Origin: Candidatus Krumholzibacteriia bacterium
GTDB taxonomy: Bacteria; Krumholzibacteriota; Krumholzibacteriia; LZORAL124-64-63
Assembly: GCA_036351155.1 (NCBI GenBank)
Contig: JAZBOO010000207.1
Location: 1-13,421 of the forward strand
Direction of reading: 5' to 3'
Length of the DNA: 13,421 bases
This document shows, piece by piece, positions 8,830-13,421 of this stretch; within the stretch, counting starts at the first letter, position 1; every line of letters starts with the position of its first letter. The notes under the pieces are model-generated. The model was given only the letters and a program-made list of their open reading frames with translations, searched no databases and was not told the DNA's origin. The position numbers and the translations under genes are program-made.

Positions 8830-10821
8830 GTGACATATTTTTTTCCCGGAGATATTCCGGCCCAACATATTGCTGACTTTTTGCAGCAATCACAATGCAT
8901 CGGAACCGCCGGAGTCGACATTGAGGGAATCATTCGATCCCACAACGCCACCATGGGTGCGATCCTGGGCAGGGATTCCCTGCTGGGCATTCCCCTGGAA
9001 ACCCTGCTGGTCGAGGAGAACAAGCCACTGCCGTTGCCAAGGCCAGGCAAGGCGGGCCCACCGTTGACCCTGAACTTCTTGGGACCTGCCGGAATCCTGA
9101 CCACGATGCTCTGCACCGTTCTCCGGGGTGACCAGGGTTTCACCTTGCTGGCGGAAAACCCACGCCTCAGGGATGACCAGATCCTGGGCAAGATGTCGCG
9201 ATTGAGCAACGAGATCGCCGTCATCTCAAGTGACCTGGCCCGCAGCAAACGGCAGCTCCAGCGGGAGAACAGGCGTGCCAGCCTGATGCACCGCCACGAG
9301 AAGCTGTCCACCTGGGATCTGGAAATCAAGAGTTCCCAGGTGGTGTTCAGCAGCAATTTGACGAAGTGGATGGGGCTGGAGAATCTGGGGCCCCAAATTC
9401 CTCTGGACCAGTGGGTGGCCCACATCCACCCCGAGGACCTTGCTGGGTTTAATCAGGCCCTGAAAGCCCTCAAAGAGGGCCTCAGTGAACAGTACCATGC
9501 CGAATACCGGCTGCGGTCGAAGTCCGGACAGTGGGGTTGGTTTTCGTTGGCTGGTTGGATTTTTGCCCATGATCAGGATGGTAATCCTCTCCGGCTGGTG
9601 GGCAACCACCTGGACATCACCGAGGAAAAGTGGGCACTGGCCCGCAAGGAAGAGCTGATCGAAAAGGTCAACCACAAGCTGAAAATCGAGACTGTCGGAG
9701 TATTTACCAGCGGCATCATCCACAACCTAAACAACAATCTGAGCATCATACTGGGCAGCTTGGACCTGGCCGAAAGCTTTGTCCAGGGTCAGGAACAGGT
9801 TGAAAGCCTTCTGAGCAGTGCCAAAACCGCAGTTTACCGTTCACGGGATACCATCGCCCAGGTTCTCGGTCTGGGCCGGTCCCAGGAGAAGGTCCCCGCC
9901 CAGGACAGTCTGGGCGCGGTGGTGGAAGAGACCCTCGGACTGCTACCCACCATCCTGCCCGAAACGATCACGCTGGAAAGCAGATTGCCAGATAGCAGCT
10001 GGACCACCTCACTCATGGTCAATTCCACTCGCATCCAGGAAGCTGTGGTCAATCTTTGCACCAACGCCATCGAGGCCATGGGGACCGAGGGCCGACTGAG
10101 CATCTCCCTGGATGAAGTGGACCTGGCGGCCGATGCACTTCCCGAGGAATATGTGGGCCTGCCCGGCCGCTTCGCACGGCTTTCGGTCCAGGACACGGGA
10201 ACCGGCATCCCGGAAAGCCACCTCGACAAGATCTTTTCCCTGTTCTTCACCTGCCACCCACAGGAAGAAGGTACCGGCCTGGGCCTGGCCACGGTCAAGA
10301 AGATCATGGAAGACCACGGTGGCCTGGTTCAGGTCGAAAGCAAGCTCGGGGAAGGCAGCACATTTCATCTCCTTTTCCCCCGGAACATCGCCGCTGAACC
10401 CCGGGAGTCGCAGCCCGCTCCAGCTCTCGCTCGGGGATTGAAGGCCCGGATCCTGATGGTTGACGACATGCCTGACCTGGCGGAGCTGGGGCGGGAGATT
10501 CTGGTCCAGGCAGGTTTCGAAACCACCGCCCTCTACAGCAGCCAGGAAGTCCTTGATGCTGTCCGGCTGGCCCCTGACCGTTTCGATCTGGTGATCACCG
10601 ACCAGTCCATGCCTGGAATATCCGGATTGGAGCTGATCGCCCAGCTGCAGAAGGTGGCCCCGGCCCTGAAATTCATCCTCATCTCGGGCCTGGGTCAGGA
10701 TCTTTCCTCCCAGGAACTGGAACAGCTGGGCATCGGGGCCTTCTGCCATAAACCTGTGCCTCCCGTAGACCTGGTCCGGGTGGTGCGAGAGGTGCTGGAA
10801 CAGGTGCCCCCGTCGATCTGA
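8830..10821 (+). CDS. PAS-domain hybrid sensor histidine kinase/response regulator (PAS-like, coiled coil, PAS_3, HisKA, HATPase, REC)
   Basis: Likely GTG start at 8830, 1 nt after the upstream stop, with AGGA at 8821-8824. PAS_3 (HIHPED...EYRLRSKSGQWGW...GNHLDITE), H-box SGIIHNLNNNL, N-box NLCTNAIEAM, G1 DTGTGI, G2 GTGLGL, receiver ILMVDD...LVITDQSMPGISG...KP. Confidence 0.88.
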   Translation: MTYFFPGDIPAQHIADFLQQSQCIGTAGVDIEGIIRSHNATMGAILGRDSLLGIPLETLLVEENKPLPLPRPGKAGPPLTLNFLGPAGILTTMLCTVLRGDQGFTLLAENPRLRDDQILGKMSRLSNEIAVISSDLARSKRQLQRENRRASLMHRHEKLSTWDLEIKSSQVVFSSNLTKWMGLENLGPQIPLDQWVAHIHPEDLAGFNQALKALKEGLSEQYHAEYRLRSKSGQWGWFSLAGWIFAHDQDGNPLRLVGNHLDITEEKWALARKEELIEKVNHKLKIETVGVFTSGIIHNLNNNLSIILGSLDLAESFVQGQEQVESLLSSAKTAVYRSRDTIAQVLGLGRSQEKVPAQDSLGAVVEETLGLLPTILPETITLESRLPDSSWTTSLMVNSTRIQEAVVNLCTNAIEAMGTEGRLSISLDEVDLAADALPEEYVGLPGRFARLSVQDTGTGIPESHLDKIFSLFFTCHPQEEGTGLGLATVKKIMEDHGGLVQVESKLGEGSTFHLLFPRNIAAEPRESQPAPALARGLKARILMVDDMPDLAELGREILVQAGFETTALYSSQEVLDAVRLAPDRFDLVITDQSMPGISGLELIAQLQKVAPALKFILISGLGQDLSSQELEQLGIGAFCHKPVPPVDLVRVVREVLEQVPPSI

Positions 10822-10831
10822 AGGCGGGAAT

Positions 10832-10871
10832 AAAAACCACGGCCCCGCCTGTCCATGGGCGGGGCCGTTTT
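10832..10871. terminator. Bidirectional intrinsic terminator between the convergent kinase and peroxiredoxin genes
   Basis: ACGGCCCCGCCT-gtccat-GGGCGGGGCCGT hairpin (10839-10868), with an A-tract on the left and a T-tract on the right. Confidence 0.85.
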
Positions 10872-10894
10872 GACTGGTCAGAATGGTCGAAAGA

Positions 10895-11596
10895 TCAGGG
10901 TTTCCACTTGGTCCACACCTTGCCCACCAGATCCGGTCCGGGGGTCAAGGTGGGGTCCCCAGGGTTCCAGCCGGAAGGCGTCACTTCACCGGTTTTCACC
11001 ACGTGCTGGAAGGCCAGGATCTGCCGGGACATTTCAGCCGGATTACGCCCCACCTCGGGCGTCAAGACTTCCATGGCCAGGATCACGAAATCCGGGTCGA
11101 TGATGAACCGACCCCGGATATCCACGCCAGCGGCCTCATCATACACGCCGTAGACCGTTCCGATTTTCCCGCCGGCATCGGTCAACATGGGAAAGGGCAC
11201 GCCGCCCTCCACCATCTTGGACAGCTCCTCGGCCTGCCAGATCTTGTGGGTAAAACGGCTGTCGGTACTCATGGCCAGCACAGTCACACCCATTTTCTCG
11301 AGTTCAGCATATTCAGCGGCGACCGCCGCCAGTTCGGTGGGTCAGACGAAGGTAAAGTCACCCGGATAGAAGCAGAGGGTGATCCATTTTCCCTTGTAGT
11401 CCGATAGTTTTACCGGCTGGAAATCCCCGGTCTGGGGAATGAATGCCGTGGCTTCGAAATCGGGCGCTTCGTGGCCCACTTTTGCCAGCATGGGGTTGGC
11501 CTCCTCGGGATGATTGGAAGGGGTTGACGCCGGGACGGCCTTTTTGATCAGGGGCCCTCCGGCTGGTTTGACGCAACCGTCTTGGGGTTTGGACAT
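10895..11596 (-). CDS. prxU: Selenocysteine-containing peroxiredoxin (AhpC/Prx1-type, PrxU), 233 aa with Sec85
   Basis: ORFs 11342..11596 and 10895..11293 are in the same frame and separated only by TGA (11344-11342). Read-through gives [14 protein letters not shown], the peroxidatic PxxxTxxC motif with U in place of C. The downstream sequence is intact AhpC ([34 protein letters not shown]). SD GGAGG lies 5 nt upstream of the ATG. Confidence 0.9.
11315..11344 (-). promoter_or_regulatory. UGA plus bacterial SECIS-like hairpin
   Basis: The mRNA reads UGA CCCACCGAACU GGCGGC-GGUC-GCCGCU. This is a 6-bp stem with a 4-nt loop that starts with G, 17 nt after the UGA, consistent with the bacterial SECIS consensus geometry. 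Confidence 0.7.
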
Positions 11597-11631
11597 GGGA
11601 ACCTCCGGTTGATTGGGGACCAGTCTTTTTC

Positions 11632-11660
11632 ATGATAGCCACAGGACATGAAAGCTGCAA
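11632..11660 (-). promoter_or_regulatory. Putative sigma70 promoter of prxU
   Basis: Minus-strand TTGCAG (11660-11655), 17-nt spacer, TATCAT (11637-11632), about 35 nt upstream of the ATG. Confidence 0.55.
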
Positions 11661-11764
11661 ATCGAAGTCTTGCAGTAGGATATGAGGTCAGGGATGACGA
11701 AACGGGGGTAATCTGATACAAATTCCAGGAACATTCTGCACTTCCCCCAACCCAAGGACACCTC

Positions 11765-12766
11765 ATGCGTCGATTCCCCCTCTGGCCTGCACTGGTCCTC
11801 ACCTTGGCCCTCGTCGGCTGTCAGCAACCGGTCACCCACCCTGAGCCGGAATTGATCTCTTTGTTCGAGGACGTGACCGTCCACTTCACCCCCGATGACA
11901 GCACGCGATACGATTCACCCTTTGCCTCGGCCCTCGACAATGGTCGCATCATGACCACCTATCGCGAATTCGCCCCCCGGCAAGGTCCGGCCAGGGTGAT
12001 GCTCCGGCTGGAGGTGGAGCCGATCCGCAAGGACATCCGCAACATGCATGACCGCTGGGACAGGGCCGGCTGGGTCCGGCTGATCAAACCCGGCATGGCC
12101 CCCGTGGAACTTTGCCGATTCATGACCGCATACGGCGGGGCGATCCAGCACGAGGTGGACATCACGCGGGTGCTCCCCTTGCTGGAGGGCCACTGCGCAT
12201 TCGAGGTCTTCATCGACACCTGGGTGAGCCCGGCCTGGACCGTGGACGTGGAACTGATCACGACCCCCCAGCCCTACGGCGGGATGAATCCCCCCCACTG
12301 GACCCAGGGGGTGTTTTTCCCGGACGGTGGGCTCAAAACGGAACAGCCGGCAACCTCGGCCCAGGTTGTTATTCCCGAGGGCAGCAGAAGAGTCGAGCTG
12401 GCTCTTATCTCGACGGGGCACTGCACCGACGGTCAAGATGCCGATGAGTTCATCACCAAGGACAATGTGGTCCTGGTGGATGGACAGGAGGTCTTCCGCT
12501 GGCGGCCGTGGCGCGAGGACTGCACCGACTTCCGCGCGGTGAACCCCTACTGCGCGAAGTGGAGTGACGGGTCCTGGAGCAGCGACTACAGCCGCAGTGG
12601 CTGGTGTCCAGGCGATGTGGCCTTGCCCGAGGTGGTGGACCTCAGCGCCTGGTTGACACCTGGGTCCCACGAGATCGTCTTTCTGGTGGAAGACATTCGA
12701 CCGGCGAACGCCGAAGGGCACCACGGATACTGGCGGGTGTCGGGAGCCCTCTCCGGCTGGAAGTAA
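11765..12766 (+). CDS. Peptide-N-glycosidase F (PNGase F)-family lipoprotein
   Basis: Signal peptide II with lipobox LVG-C19. PNGase F-like motifs DRWDRAG, VELCRFMTAYG, STGH...ADEF, and WREDC...NP...W...SRSGWCPG. AAGGA lies upstream of the ATG. Confidence 0.78.
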   Translation: MRRFPLWPALVLTLALVGCQQPVTHPEPELISLFEDVTVHFTPDDSTRYDSPFASALDNGRIMTTYREFAPRQGPARVMLRLEVEPIRKDIRNMHDRWDRAGWVRLIKPGMAPVELCRFMTAYGGAIQHEVDITRVLPLLEGHCAFEVFIDTWVSPAWTVDVELITTPQPYGGMNPPHWTQGVFFPDGGLKTEQPATSAQVVIPEGSRRVELALISTGHCTDGQDADEFITKDNVVLVDGQEVFRWRPWREDCTDFRAVNPYCAKWSDGSWSSDYSRSGWCPGDVALPEVVDLSAWLTPGSHEIVFLVEDIRPANAEGHHGYWRVSGALSGWK

Positions 12767-12772
12767 GGCCAC

Positions 12773-12811
12773 AAAAAAAAAGCCCGGACCGCAGTCCGGG
12801 CTTTTCTTTTT
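12773..12811. terminator. Bidirectional intrinsic terminator between the PNGase-like gene and mscL
   Basis: AAAAGCCCGGAC-cgca-GTCCGGGCTTTT perfect hairpin (12778-12805), flanked by A9 and a T-rich tract. Confidence 0.9.
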
Positions 12812-12823
12812 CTGTCGACCAGA

Positions 12824-13279
12824 TCAGGCGATATCCGTGGTGCAGAAGGCGCAGCGGGTGGCCTCCAGAGGAATCTCGCTCAGGCACTTGGGGCACTTCT
12901 TGGTGGTCGGCGCGGGCGCAGGAGCGGCCTCTTCCTTCTTCTTGGCCGCGTTCATGCCCTTGATCAGCATGAAGATGGCGAAGGCGACGATGATGAAGCT
13001 GATCACCGTGTTGACGAAAGCACCATAGTTGATGGTCACGGCACCAGCAGCCTGGGCATCGGCCAGAGCCGCATAAGGACCAGCAGCCTCGGCGCCTTCC
13101 TTCAGGACCAGAAACAGGTTGGTGAAATCTACGCCACCGAGCAGCAAGCCGATGGGAGGCATGATGACATCGGCCACCAGGGACTTGACAATGGTCCCGA
13201 ACGCGGCGCCAATGACGATACCTACCGCCATGTCCACCACGTTCCCCCGCATGGCAAATTCCTTGAATTCCTTGAACAT
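12824..13279 (-). CDS. mscL: Large-conductance mechanosensitive channel MscL with C-terminal CxxC...CxxC extension
   Basis: [70 protein letters not shown], then CPKC-x10-CAFC. SD AAGGGGA lies upstream. Confidence 0.95.
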   Translation of the reverse strand: MFKEFKEFAMRGNVVDMAVGIVIGAAFGTIVKSLVADVIMPPIGLLLGGVDFTNLFLVLKEGAEAAGPYAALADAQAAGAVTINYGAFVNTVISFIIVAFAIFMLIKGMNAAKKKEEAAPAPAPTTKKCPKCLSEIPLEATRCAFCTTDIA

Positions 13280-13381
13280 GATTTCCCCTTTTCCAGAGTG
13301 AGGGCGAGATCGCTCGAATGAACTCCAAGCGAGTGTGGAAAATTCTCCGCAGTTGCGGAGCCCCCGAATCAGAACTGCGCA

Positions 13382-13410
13382 AGTTTCCTTGCTGACAATC
13401 CGAACGTCAA
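13382..13410 (-). promoter_or_regulatory. Putative sigma70-type promoter of mscL
   Basis: Minus-strand TTGACG (13410-13405), 17-nt spacer, GAAACT (13387-13382). Confidence 0.35.
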
Positions 13411-13421
13411 GAAAATCGTCA

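Noticed and set aside
7773..9425. 550-aa antisense ORF, plus similar ones at 664-1821, 2727-4025 and 11915-12772
   Set aside because: They are shadow frames of genes with clear family motifs and have no independent coding signal.
11342..11596. 84-aa and 132-aa ORFs read as two genes or as a peroxiredoxin pseudogene
   Set aside because: The single TGA sits exactly at the catalytic position with a SECIS-like hairpin and there is no other lesion. Sec recoding explains it better.
10886..12828. Similar sequence GTCGA(a/cc)AGATCAGG at the stops of prxU (about 10886-10899) and mscL (about 12814-12828), flanking prxU plus the PNGase gene
   Set aside because: It is short, imperfect and partly constrained by the TGA stop. 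There is no integrase or transposase, so it is probably coincidence.
1..13421. CRISPR arrays, tRNA/rRNA genes (including tRNA-Sec), IS elements, tandem repeat arrays
   Set aside because: None were seen. Intergenic gaps are short and accounted for by terminators, promoters or leaders.

Overview
GC-rich bacterial window. The C-terminal 'PNPFNP...SGIYLLRL' sorting domain suggests an FCB-group lineage (inference). In order it holds: the 3' end of a SUF Fe-S operon (sufD-sufS-sufU); a secreted Asp-box beta-propeller protein with a T9SS-A/FlgD-like C-terminal domain; a full-length ovothiol synthase ovoA; a two-gene sensory module; a minus-strand peroxiredoxin; a PNGase F-family lipoprotein; and mscL with a C-terminal 4-Cys zinc-ribbon-like tail. 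The sensory module is a CarH-type B12-binding protein with an N-terminal helical, globin-like domain and no DNA-binding HTH, coupled to a PAS hybrid histidine kinase with an atypical H-box. The ORF track splits the peroxiredoxin in two, but it is one selenoprotein gene: there is an in-frame UGA at the peroxidatic position followed by a SECIS-like hairpin. The most interesting signals are the hidden Sec-peroxiredoxin (no C-terminal resolving Cys, two SD-equipped in-frame starts), the possible B12/tetrapyrrole sensor-kinase module, and a long nested inverted repeat that would occlude the ovoA ribosome-binding site.
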